64,000 nt of DNA, from assembly GCF_006345805.1 (NCBI RefSeq), contig NC_043005.1, forward strand, positions 58,156,001 to 58,220,000, given 5' to 3'. Below are positions 1-11,114 of this stretch, piece by piece; positions within the stretch are counted from its first letter, which is position 1; each line of letters starts with the position of its first letter. A program made the position numbers and the translations under genes. The DNA comes from Octopus sinensis (taxonomy: Eukaryota). Under the pieces are notes generated by a model. It did not search any database. It was not told the DNA's origin and saw only the letters and a list, made by a program, of their open reading frames with translations.

Positions 1-722
1 CATTAATAAGATTTGTTCAAGCTCTTGCATTCTGAGTTCAAATCTCACCATAGCCTACTTGGGTGACAGACTGAATCCATTGCCTAGTTTAAGACCACCA
101 CCAGGCACCTTGATGCCTTTAGCAGAGTCCACTCTATTACAAGCATTTAACTGTCACAAATAGCCTACCAGAATATTGTAAACTGGGCCAAATATTCTAC
201 CTGCTTTGAGCACAAACTGGCCAGACCCTACTTCTCACACCTATTTTACAATGTCATTCTAAAAATAAACAATCACATCATTGTAATCTTGAAGTTATGA
301 AACAGGGTAACCATGTCTCTCCTCTACAACGAAACACCTGTTTCTATCCTTCTGTCACACAAGGCCACCTCCTCCAATACCCCCACCCCTCAGAGGGTGA
401 GTTATTTGGCACCTTAGCTGTTTAACTCTGGGCCAGCTCTGAATGAACAAACCTATGATAAAATGAGGTTAGGGTATAATGTATTTATTGACTATGCAAC
501 TGAAATATTTTCTCCCTTTTTAAAAAAAAAGAAGTTAATAAGCGCAGGAGTGGCTGTGTGGTAAGTAGCTTGCTAACCAACCACATGGTTCTGCGTTCAG
601 TCCTACTGCGTGACACCTTGGGCGAGTGTCTTCTACTATAGCCTCAGGCTGACCAAAGCCTTCTGAATAGATTTGGTAAATGGAAACTGAAAGAAGCCCA
701 TCATGTGTGTATGTGTATATAT

Positions 723-759
<37 letters not shown>

Positions 760-950
760 GTGACCTCGTGTGTACCATTGGTGATTTTTTTTCCTCTGTC
801 TTCCCTTCTCTGGATCTTTCCTTCTCCTATGTTTCCGACGAAGAGCTCTGCTCGAAACGTTAAACCCTTCTTCTTTCCTGAGCGTCCAATAATACTATAT
901 TTGTTCCACGTCCTCGCGTTGTTGTGTTTTTTTGTGTTTTCTTGTTTGGA
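760..950 (+). mobile_element. About 190-bp Penelope-like terminal-repeat derivative with hammerhead motif (family HH-A)
   Basis: Homologous copies at ~20275-20470, ~21326-21522 and ~53220-53420 (-). Contains gttt-ccgacga-a-gagc-tct-gctc-gaaa-cgt-t-aaac. Confidence 0.7.
831..865 (+). ncRNA. Minimal type-I hammerhead ribozyme motif, U4>C variant (HH-A)
   Basis: Stem I GUUU/AAAC, core CCGACGA, stem II GAGC/GCUC, GAAA, palindromic ACGU helix III, GUU triplet. Confidence 0.6.
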
Positions 951-1643
951 TTAACTATATATGTGTGTGTGTGTTTGTCTCCTCACCAATGCTTGACAAC
1001 TGAGGCTGGTGTGTTTACGTCTCCGTAACTTAACGGTTTGGCAAATGAGACTGATAGAATAGGTACTAGGCTTACAAAGAATAAGTCCTGAGGGTCGATT
1101 TGCTCGACTAAAGGTGGTGCTCCAGCATGGCCAGTCAAATGACTGAAACAAGTAAAAAGAAAAAAAAAAGAATAAAAAGAACAGTGATTAGAAGACAAGT
1201 TGAAGTAGATTGTGCAACAGCTTGGAGGCTTCACACATTTGTTCAACAATCCTTACTGTTACAAGAGGGCCTAATTCATGGATGATACAGGGTTAGACGA
1301 CAAAATAGTGTTTTAATGACTTTCTCATTAAAACTCAATTTCAGATAATTTGTTTTTAAAGTAAATTGGAGAACAATTACTCTACTCTCTTAAGAATTGT
1401 TTTCATTTTACTTCTGAACTCAATTAAGTGATTTAAGAGAAAAAAAAAAAAATCCTTTCTTGTCGATTCAGTCTGAAATCTTATTTGAAGATTAAACCAG
1501 GATTAAATAGAGGCTATGAATTTAAATAATTAACTGGCATTGATATAATGACTATATGACAATACGCACACACAAATTTATGTCAAATATTAGTCTGAAA
1601 AATAATTAACTGCTTAACCCTTTCAATAGATGCTTAGTCTTAC

Positions 1644-1701
1644 CGACATCAGGGGGAATGTAGAAGTCGTGACATTCCAGTCTTTCTTGAGCATTAGTAA
1701 T
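1644..1701 (-). CDS. Putative exon of unidentified host gene (ITNAQERLECHDFYIPPDV)
   Basis: Pyrimidine-rich acceptor ...ttctacatcttaAG, donor GTAAGA, open phase-0 frame, non-repetitive sequence. Confidence 0.5.
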
Positions 1702-2459
1702 CTTAAGATGTAGAATGGACAGAAGAGAATAACTGAGTTCAATGATGAAAATAGCAGTTTCAACAAACACTATAGTTCTGGTCATTCATTGCATTTATAC
1801 CTATCTCTGATTTAACTTCATTTATCCTTTGAATCAAGGCAGCTTTGGGGGATAAAGGTGAAGCAGATAGATGTTGCACAACTTTCCTTTCGCATAAATC
1901 TGATTTCCATTAAGTAATAATATCACAGGCTGTTATGGTCATCATCCTCCAATGAATGTACAAACAAGGATACTGTGTTCATCATCTTATGGATGGATCA
2001 TTATTATTAATTAGTTTGTCTGTCATCATTGATGATAACCAAGGGCATCACATGGGAGAAGAAGACAGGGTATAGTATGTCCAGCTGCGGCCAATCAGTC
2101 TGATGCATGCATGGAAGGCTCTGCCATAGGACAGACACTGGTGGTCTGCTGAGACTGGAGGCAAAGCGTTGGCTCTGGACTTGCACAGTTTATATTTTCT
2201 TTATGCCCTTGCAATCCTGTTCTGTTCACAGGAGGTGGAACCTCTATTGGTGCAGCTTCATCAGGAAGGGCGATCTTGTGCTTGTGGTTCCCAGGTGTTG
2301 GGATTGGTCTCAATGCTCTTCAGCGAGTAACTGAAATAACTACGACAAACAATTCGAACTCACTTCTTACTTAACATTACTCAGTGTGTGTGTGTGTGTG
2401 TGTGCAGTATGTGAGTGCACACAGGAATGGTTGAAGCCATGATAGTTTCAATATCGTAC

Positions 2460-2576
2460 CACCCTGTTTCCAATCCTACTGCATGGTAAAGTGATAGCGA
2501 TCAAAGCTTCAGGCCTTGCAAGTGAAATTGGGTTAATGGAAATTATAGACAGCAATTCATGTCGCACTGATTCTGC
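2460..2576 (-). CDS. Putative exon of unidentified host gene (AESVRHELLSIISINPISLARPEALIAITLPCSRIGNRV)
   Basis: Acceptor ccccttttggttgcAG, donor GTACGA (alternative GTAGGA ending the exon at 2480). Only one frame is open, and phase 0-0 joins the 1701 exon in frame. Confidence 0.55.
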
Positions 2577-4149
2577 CTGCAACCAAAAGGGGACAAATGT
2601 CCATGGAACAGTCAGTCACTTACACTGTGACTTGAGTTTTAGAATGGTATCACAGGGTTTCTGCAGGAGGCCAGATCTCACTAGGTTGAACATAAAAAAT
2701 GTAAAATATTTTGGCCAGACATGACTGGTTTAAATGCCAAAGGGTTAAGCAACTCTGACTGTCAATTTGAGAAAAAAAAGCAAATAATTTTAGCAGCCAT
2801 TGTTGATATTCCATCCCCATGTGAGCTTTGTTGTTGCTAATGGCCAATTGCATGAAATTTTTAAATATGGAACTACAAAATTCAGTTAACCCAGCTAGCA
2901 CATGTGTCGATCATCATCATCATTTAATGTCCGTTTTCTATGCTGGCATGGGTTGGATGATTTGACAGGCATTGGTCAGGGTCTGTTTTGGCATGGTTTG
3001 TATAGCTGGATGCTCTTTGTAATGCCAACCACTTTACAGAGTGTACTGGGTGCTTCTAATGTGACATCAAATTCTCTGTTTACATATTATTCTACCAAAA
3101 GTACATGTAAAGCTTTCTTAAATAAGTATATGTAAAAAAAACATAAATATATAAATAATGCATCTACACATACGTAGAGAACATAAACATGACAATTCAA
3201 GTAAAGATTCAACTGAGCTAATTAAAACTGTTAATATAAAAATATTAACAGTTTTAAATTGAAAAGGGGGAGAAAAAAAATTCACTTAGTTCCTAAGTGG
3301 CAGAGAATGTAAAAAAAATAGAAAATCTCAAAGTAGAATTATTCATGAATTTTAGGTTACAAAGAAAAAAAAATCCCCAAAATAGAATATAAAATGAAAT
3401 AAAAAATGCAAATCAATATATTTTAGAGGGGAAAATATTTTAAACACAATAACAGCAAAAAAACAACAACAAAATTATGGTTTCTTCCAACTACCAACAT
3501 CAACAATAACACTAAAATATTTTAGTTTATCACAAAGACAAAATTGACAACTAAATGAACACACTTAGCTGAATGGTTATTTGTGGAATAAGATGTTGCA
3601 ATCAATTTCAATGTTTGTAAGGTAAAAAGTAAAGACTTTCACTTAAAGCTCACATACCACTTAAGAACAGAATAGTAATGATGATAATAATAATAATAGT
3701 AATAATAATAATAGTTTCAAATTCTGGCTCAAGAAGGCAGTTTTGAGGAAGGGCCTAAATCAATTACACTGACCCCACCATGTTCAGTTAGTGCTTGTTT
3801 TATCAACCTCAAAAGGATAAAACTTGAGCTCAGCAGGATTTGAACTCAGAAATGTAAAGACAGATGAAATACTGCTAAGCATTTTGCCCAGTGAGCTAAC
3901 GATTCTGCTAGATTGCTGCCTTAACAATTACAACAATAATGATAACGGTTTCAAATTTTGGCACAAGGCCGACAACACTGACCTGAGTGCTTAACTGGTA
4001 CTTAATTTATTGAACTCAAAAGGATAAGAGGTAAAGGCGACCTCGGTGGAATTTGGACACCGAAATTAAGGATGAATGAAATGCTGCTAAGCATGCCCAG
4101 CATGCTAACGATTCTGCCAGATCACAGCCATAATAATAATAATAATAAT

Positions 4150-4514
4150 AAGAGCATTCAGAGAGTGCAAACCTTCACCAAAGCAACACCAATGTTTTCA
4201 ATGATTAGCTAGAGATGACTTTTAAAATGAGAATACCTGAAATAAACTCGAATGCTCTCACAAACGAGAATACAAGAAATGTGCACGGCTGCTCTGAAAA
4301 ATAAGTAAAAAAAACAGGAAAAATAATCCAGAATCCTTGTCCAGTACTGGATCAATCCCAAAAGCTAATCAGTTCGTGCCAGTCATGAGGCCAAACATCC
4401 CTGAAAGTTTTATCTGAATCCATCCAGTGGTTCTTGAGCTATCTTGTCCATGGACAAACAAACAAACACAACTGAAAAACAATACCTCTGCCTTTGCCAA
4501 GGTGGAGGTAATAA
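4150..4514 (-). mobile_element. Non-autonomous Helentron/DINE-1-like element
   Basis: Reverse-complement homologue of 18097-18475, with acctccaccttggcaaaggcagaggt end hairpin and gcactctctgaatgc stem-loop. Confidence 0.65.
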
Positions 4515-4952
4515 ATAAGAACACCGGAGGCCTGATATAATAACCTTTAGGAGGGACAAATAAGAGTGCTTAATAATTGATGTGGCAGTACCAGGAGATC
4601 AACATATCATCATGAAAGAAAGAGAAAAGGTTGATAAATATGAAGACCTGAGAATTGAGGTCGCTAAGATGTGGCAGCTACGAGAATCAAACGTAAAGGT
4701 TATCCCTATTGTCATCGGAGCATTGGGTACAATACCACCCAAACTGAAAAAAAACATCTGAAAACTTTAGAAATACCTTACAATCTTGCAAAAGTCAGCA
4801 TTACTTGTAATTGCACGCATATTGCGTAAAGTATTGTCTGTCTGAGGTTCTTGTTGTGACTTGACAAACAGTACAGACCCCTGGTAGATACAATATCTTC
4901 AGTCAACAACCTCATGATATTGTATACTGTGCGATGTCTATAATAATAATAA
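4515..4952 (+). mobile_element. 5'-truncated R4/Dong-type non-LTR retrotransposon, restriction-like endonuclease fragment
   Basis: Translates to EHRRPDII...*ECLIIDVAVPGDQHIIMKEREKVDKYEDLRIEVAKMWQL...VIPIVIGALGTI (PD..D..K..KY motif), with a stop and a frameshift. Ends in a (TAA)n tract. Confidence 0.85.
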
Positions 4953-5114
4953 TCCTTTCTACTATGGGCACAAGGCTCAAATCTGTGGAGAGGGGATAAG
5001 TCGATCACATTGACCCCAAAATTTGACTGGTACTTAATTGATCAAACCTTAAATGATAAAAGGCAAGGTCAGCTTTGCCTTTCATCATTTCAGGGTTGAT
5101 AAATTAAGTACCAG

Positions 5115-5385
5115 GCCAACCAAAACCTTTGAGTGGATTTGGTAGATGGAAACTGAAAGAAGCTCGTGTGTGTGTGTGTGTGCGTTTTTGCCCGCCCATC
5201 ACTGCTTGACAATCAGTGTTGGTGGTGCGTTTATGTCCCCATAACTTAGTGGTTTGGCAAAAGAGACCAATAAAGTACTAGGCGTAAAAAAATAAGTCCT
5301 GAGTTTGACTCGTTGGACTAAAAACCCTTGAAGGAAGTGCTCCAGCATGGTCACAGTCAAATGACTGAAACAAATAAAAGAATAT
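5115..5385 (+). mobile_element. SINE family A, 5'-truncated
   Basis: Matches body and tail of 541-1180. Confidence 0.8.
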
Positions 5386-5760
5386 TATTGAGGCATTGTT
5401 TTACAACTAGATATTCTTCTTATCACAAACCCTTACTGTTTTCAGTTAAACGATCTCTTATTTCAACTGCTTTTGCAAGGCACAAAGCAAGCAGGTGATT
5501 TGTTGACAGAAGTGACAACACCACCACCACCATCACCAATTGTAGCAATTTTTTTGTGCAGATATAAACAAAATACACATGGACACATACACAATGGGCC
5601 TCTTTCAGTTTCTGACTACCAAATCCACTCATACAGATCTGGTCAGTCCAGGGCCATAGTGGCAGACACTCGCCCAAGGTTCTACACAGCAGGCCTATAT
5701 TCAAAGTGATGTGGTTGGGGAGTGAGCTTCTCAACCACACAGCCTTGCCTGCATTTATTA

Positions 5761-6108
5761 CTCTTTTTCTCTTTTTACTTGTTTCAGTCATTTGACTGCG
5801 GCCATGCTGGAGCACCGCCTTTAATCGAGCAACTCGACCCTGGGACTTATTCTTTGTAAGCCTAGTACTTATTCTATCGGTCTCTTTTTGCCGAACCACT
5901 AAGTAACGGGGACATAAACACACCAGCATCGGTTGTCAAGCGATGTTGGATGGGACAAACACAGACACACAAACATACACGCACACATACATATATATAT
6001 ACGACGGGCTTCTTTCAGTTTCTGTCTACCAGATCCACTCACAAGGCTTTGGTCGGCCCGAGGCTATAGTAGAAGACACTTGCCCAAGGTGCCATGCAGT
6101 GGGACTGA
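5761..6108 (-). mobile_element. SINE family A
   Basis: Near-consensus reverse complement. A further head fragment lies at ~5595-5753 (-). Confidence 0.85.
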
Positions 6109-6786
6109 AGTAAAAAAACAAACAAACAAAAAAAAAACATTAGCTGAAAAAATACACTAAAGGAACAGGCATGCTTCTGTGGTAAGAAGCTTACTACCTA
6201 ACCAAATGGTTCCAGGTTCAGCCCCATTGCATGGCAGCTTGGGCAAGTGTTTCTGCAATAGCCTTGGGCTGACCAAAGCCTTGCAAGTAGATCTGGTAGA
6301 TAGAAATCTGAAAGAAGCCTGTGATATATATTATTCAAGGTGGTGCCCCTGCATGGCCGCAGTCTAATGAGTAAAACAAGTAAAAGATAACAGACACTAT
6401 GCCAATAAAAAAAATCAGCTTAATTGGGGTTGGTTTAGGACTGAACAACAACAGTTAATGGAAGGCTGGCTTGGTAAAGCTTTGGACAGAGTACCTAGTC
6501 GTATTTGATTGTGTCCCTTCCAGTTAATTTTTTTAGGTCTGACCAGAGAGTAAACAACAACAGGGTGTGTGTAAGAGAGGGGGAAAAGGAAAAATAAAGT
6601 AAAAAACAATCAAAAACAGTCATCATCAGAGACATAACAGAGACTGCCAAGCTAAAGTTCTTAACTAATTATAAAACAATCACGAGTTCAAATTTCTCGT
6701 CCAAAGTGACTTGTCTTATGTTTCAAAATAAAAGTAGGCAGACCTGCTTTGCTCCAGTCTGCCTAAATAAATAAATTAGAAAGTCA

Positions 6787-7185
6787 CAGGCATGGCTGTG
6801 TGGTAAGAAGTTTGCTTTCCAACCACATGGTTTCGAGTTCAGTCCCAGTGAGTGGCACCTGAAGAAAGTGTCTTCTATTATAGCCTCCAGTGGACTAAAA
6901 TCTGAGTGGATTTGGTAGATAGAAACTGAAACTGACTCATGTAATTGTGTGTGTGTGTGTGTGTGTGTGTGTCTGTCTCCCCATCACTGCTTGACAACTG
7001 GTTGTTGGTGTGTTTATGTTCCTGCAACTTGGAAGTTCACAAAAAAGATTGATAGAATAAGTACCAGGCTTTAAAAAAATAAGTACTGGGGGAGGGGGGG
7101 TCAATTCCTTGGACAAAAAATTCTTCAAGGTGGTGTCCCAGCATGGCCGTAGTCTAATGACTGAAATAAGTAAAAGGTAAAAGTA
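6787..7185 (+). mobile_element. SINE family A
   Basis: Head, central (TG)n and tail present. A deleted copy lies at ~6166-6390. Confidence 0.8.
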
Positions 7186-8802
7186 AATATATATATATAT
7201 ATATATATATAAATTAAATATAAAATATAAATTACAAAGTGGGACAAGAACGCAAAAACACACAAAGAGATGACACAAAAAAACAGACGGGTCACTCGAA
7301 GCCTCTAATCTTCAGTCGGGAACCGGATCATCTTCGTAATTTCGGCTGTTTAATCTCAATATTACTCCAAACCGGCCAGCCCCAAGGAAAAACCAAGCCA
7401 CAGGCATTGGATTTCTTAGAAAGAGGATCGAATGTATACGAAACAAAGACAGGATGCCACACGAATATAAATACAAGAAACAAAAATAGAAATAAAAAAC
7501 AGAAATAAAAAACACGAATGATATATATATATAATTCCTTTCCACACTAAAACTATTTGTAGTAGCTGGGTGAAGACAAGAAAAGCAGAAATATTCCCAG
7601 TGTCAAAATACACCTTATTGCTCAGATAATAAATGAGAACGAACTAGAGAAAATTTTCAAAATGTGAATGATAATACAAGACAAACTACTAGCTATAGCA
7701 CTCTCCATGTAAACTGATGCATAAATTGTTTCCACCTACTCAATACATTGGCTAATATTTCTGATATTTATGGAAGTAAATTTCAGAGAAAAATAATTCT
7801 TTTTTTGGTCATTAAAATATCGAGTTCTTATTTTTTCCTTTCATTTAGAATAATTCAAATTATATATTTTTTGCTTTATTTATTAGTTGTTTTCACTACA
7901 TTTTATTCAGAAATTTCATTTACATACATGTATTTTTTTTTTTATAACATATTTTGAAGTAAACAAAATAATTTTTACAGCATCTAAAACACTTTCCTTC
8001 AGTATTTATTGCTGAACATTTTACGCAAATTTGAAAAAGGTAAATACTGAAAATTGCTTATTTAAGGGAAGTGCTTAGTTGCAAAGTTGTTAGAATCAAT
8101 TTTGAGAGCGCAAAGGGGTCGACAGCACTTTTCAGTTCCACATTTCTGCTAGGGTTTAAAGTATTGCAAAGAGAAATAAGTCATCATCATCATCATTTAA
8201 CATCTGGTTTCCATGCTGGCATGGGTTGGATGGCTTGAAATGGAGATGGCTCACAGGGAGCTGTTTGGACTTGCTGTGGCATGGTTTGTATGGCTGGATG
8301 CCCTTCCTAAGGTCAACTACTTAACAGAGAGTGCTGGATGCATTACTTGTCATTGTCATGGTTGTGTTTATGCAGTACAGCACCGTGCATTTTAAGAGGC
8401 ACTGGCATGGTTGCTTTTTAAGTGGCACTGGCTCCTTAAAGGAGAAGCCTGAATGTGTGGAAGACAGCAATTTTACTTAGCTAGACGTGTCTTATCAAGT
8501 ACAGCGAATTTCACAGAACCTGGTCCCTCGTCATTTCCTCAGTGAGGCACAGTGTCTGAAAATTCTTTCTTGGGAAGTTAGAGCTTCAAGCAAAAAGCAA
8601 ACATTTGTGCATGTGGGGGGAGGGGGTACCATCAAACAACTTCAAAACACAATGTGGATGCCTTATCATACACACCAGTCAAATATTCAGTTAACATCTT
8701 ATCTTGCTGTGGGGTTGGAAGGAGAACTGAAATCAAAACCCAAGAAAAAGAGTAAACTTTGAGGAACTGAAGAACATGAGGGGGTTGCCCCATTATATTT
8801 AT

Positions 8803-9140
8803 CTCTTTCCTTTTACTTGTTTCAGTCAATGGACTGAGGCTATGCTGGAGCACCAATTTGAGTTTAGTTGTACAAATTGACTGACCAGTACATATTTTTA
8901 CAAACAAGTATTTATTCTATCAGTCTCTTGTTGAACTGCTAAGTTACAGGGATGTAAACAAACCAGCACCAGTTGTCAAGTGGTGGTGGACAAACACAAC
9001 ATAAACACACAAGTAAATAATGTGACAGGCTTCTTTCAGTTTTCATTTACCCTCAAGGCTTTGGTCAATCCAAACTTATTGCAGGAGATGCCCAAAGATC
9101 CACAGAGCAAGATTGAATCCAAGACCAGAGAACGAAACCT
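8803..9140 (-). mobile_element. SINE family A, diverged
   Basis: ttttacttgtttcagtcaatggactgaggctatgctggagcacc tail and downstream body. Confidence 0.7.
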
Positions 9141-9364
9141 ATGCTAATGAGACTCCTTTGCAATTTCGGCTAGTTATATTCTTCTGTCCCTCTGCCTCTA
9201 CATCACTTCTCTCACCCCATGTGACCGGTGTTTGGCCAAGCCTTATATTTCTTGGTTCGACTACCATCTATATATATATACACACACACATACAAACATA
9301 TATATATAGACATACACACAAATATATATATATAGACATACACACAAACATATATATATACACA

Positions 9365-9757
9365 AGCGAGATCACTGCCAGAGCAGCTGTCTGGCTTCCG
9401 TGCTGGTGGAATGTGAAAAGCATCATTTGAGTGTGATCGTTACCAGCATTGCTGTACTGGCATGTGAAAAATCATTTGAGTGAGGTCATTGCCAGTGCCG
9501 CTGGACTGACTCCTGTGCAGGTGGCATGTAAAATACACCATTTCAGCGTAGCCGTTGCCAGCACCACCAGACTGGCCCTCGTGCTGGTGGCACATAAAAG
9601 CACCCATTAAACTCTCGGAGTGGTTGGCGTAGGAAGGGCATCCAGCTGTAGAAACTCTGCCAGATCAGATTGGAGTCTGGTACGGCCATCTGGCTCGCCA
9701 GTCCTCAGTCAAATCGTCCAACACATGGAAAGCGGACGTTAAATGATGATGATGACA
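9365..9757 (+). mobile_element. RTE-tail element (3' UTR fragment with sub-repeats)
   Basis: Matches the 3' end of the RTE at 29.9-30.28 kb and ends catggaaagcggacgttaaatgatgatgatg. Confidence 0.8.
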
Positions 9758-9771
9758 AACATATATATATC

Positions 9772-9990
9772 CTCCTCCTCATCATTTAACCTCTAATTTT
9801 CCATGCTAGCATGGGTTGAATGATTTGACATGAACTGACAGAGGGCTGTGAGAGGTTCCAAAGTCTGCACTTCTTAAAGCTAACCACTTCACAAAATGTA
9901 CTGAGTGCTTCTTTTGCAGCACCAGCAAAGGTGAGGTCACCAAGTACGTGCAAGATCCCTCGACTGAGATGGGTATGGTATTGAGGGATA
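9772..9990 (-). mobile_element. RTE-tail element
   Basis: catcatttaac...ttccatgctagcatgggttg. The 5' body differs from the RTE UTR. Confidence 0.7.
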
Positions 9991-11081
9991 TAAAAGTATG
10001 ATGGAGCAGGGGGGTTACAAGGTTAGGAATAGGAGAGAAAGTGAGGGAGAATGAAAAAGAGAGGAGAGAGGGAGAAAAGGAGATGAAGAGAGATATGTGA
10101 GGTCAAGTTACAATGCATATATGAAAGAGAGAATGGGATAGAGGAACAGAGAAGGTGGGTAGGCAGGTAAGTGCACTACAATCAAAATATGTGACAGATG
10201 ATTAAGGACAGTTGGATGCAGTGAACATCAGTTTGAATCAGTGGTGGAGCGAAAGAAAATAATATGCACAGCAAGGGACAGTAGAAGGGATACAATGTGA
10301 GTGAAGGTTAGACAGGACATCATTTGTGTTGAGATAGATGGGTCTTCTCAAGTACAGCATATTGCCATTCAACTCAGCCCATCGTCATATCAGCTTCATC
10401 ATTATCACCATTTAATGTGTACCTTCTATGGTGGCATGGGTAGAATGGCTCAATGGAATCTAATGAGTCCTGTGACTGCCTTGCAATCCAATGTCTGTCT
10501 AGGCAAAAGTTTCTAAGGCTGGATGCCCTCCCTAGAGTCAACCATTTTACATAGTGTACTAGGTGCTTTTCTTGTGTTGCCAGCACTAGTGAGGCTGCCA
10601 AAGAACTTACAGAATGGAAAAAAGCTTCCATGTCTGAGTGGAAACACAGTTGAGAGACAGGGGGTTGTTATGCTTAGTGTTGAGAGGCTGAAGTAAGATA
10701 GGACAGGAAGATGTGTCTTGCCTAGAAGGAGATATATGGCTACCCCTGAATTATATATAGGGATGGAAAGTAACTTGAAAAAGATACAGGATAGTGGTGA
10801 TGATGTGTCCGAAGATAGAGATGGGCTGGGTGGGCAAATAACTTTATAAGAGTGTGAGAGTAGAGTGCCAGATGGTTACAGATGGGTGTCAAGGCAAATG
10901 TAGTGAATGGTGAAGAGTAGAGTAGAGGTGTGGTTGATGATGGCAGATGAGAGTCAGGAAGGTGAGGTGGAAAACTGATAGAATATAGAAGTGATTCAGG
11001 AGTGGAGGTGATAAGTGGCAGGACAGAAAGGGTGGAGAGGAGTAGAATAAAACTTTAGAAAGATGAGATTCCCAACCCTAC

Positions 11082-11114
<33 letters not shown>

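Larger units (their letters stand above)
541..1180 (+). mobile_element. tRNA-derived SINE (family A, central TA/TG microsatellite), interrupted by a hammerhead-bearing repeat
   Basis: Head gcgcaggagtggctgtgtggtaagtagcttgc...ggttc..gttcagtcc (A/B-box-like), then ccttgggcgagtgtcttctactatagcc; tail ...gactgaaacaagtaaaaaga. The same sequence recurs more than 15 times in the window. Confidence 0.85.

Noticed and set aside
2480-2576. ZU5-domain similarity of the exon peptide
   Set aside because: Only a vague hydrophobic pattern; not enough to name the gene without a profile search.
5423-5929. 168-aa ORF
   Set aside because: It is a read-through of two antisense SINE pieces.
7280-7345. Hammerhead in the repeat shared with ~53640-53710 (CUGAAGA/CUGAUGA on -)
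   Set aside because: No GAAA plus NUH plus stem I can be assembled in either copy.
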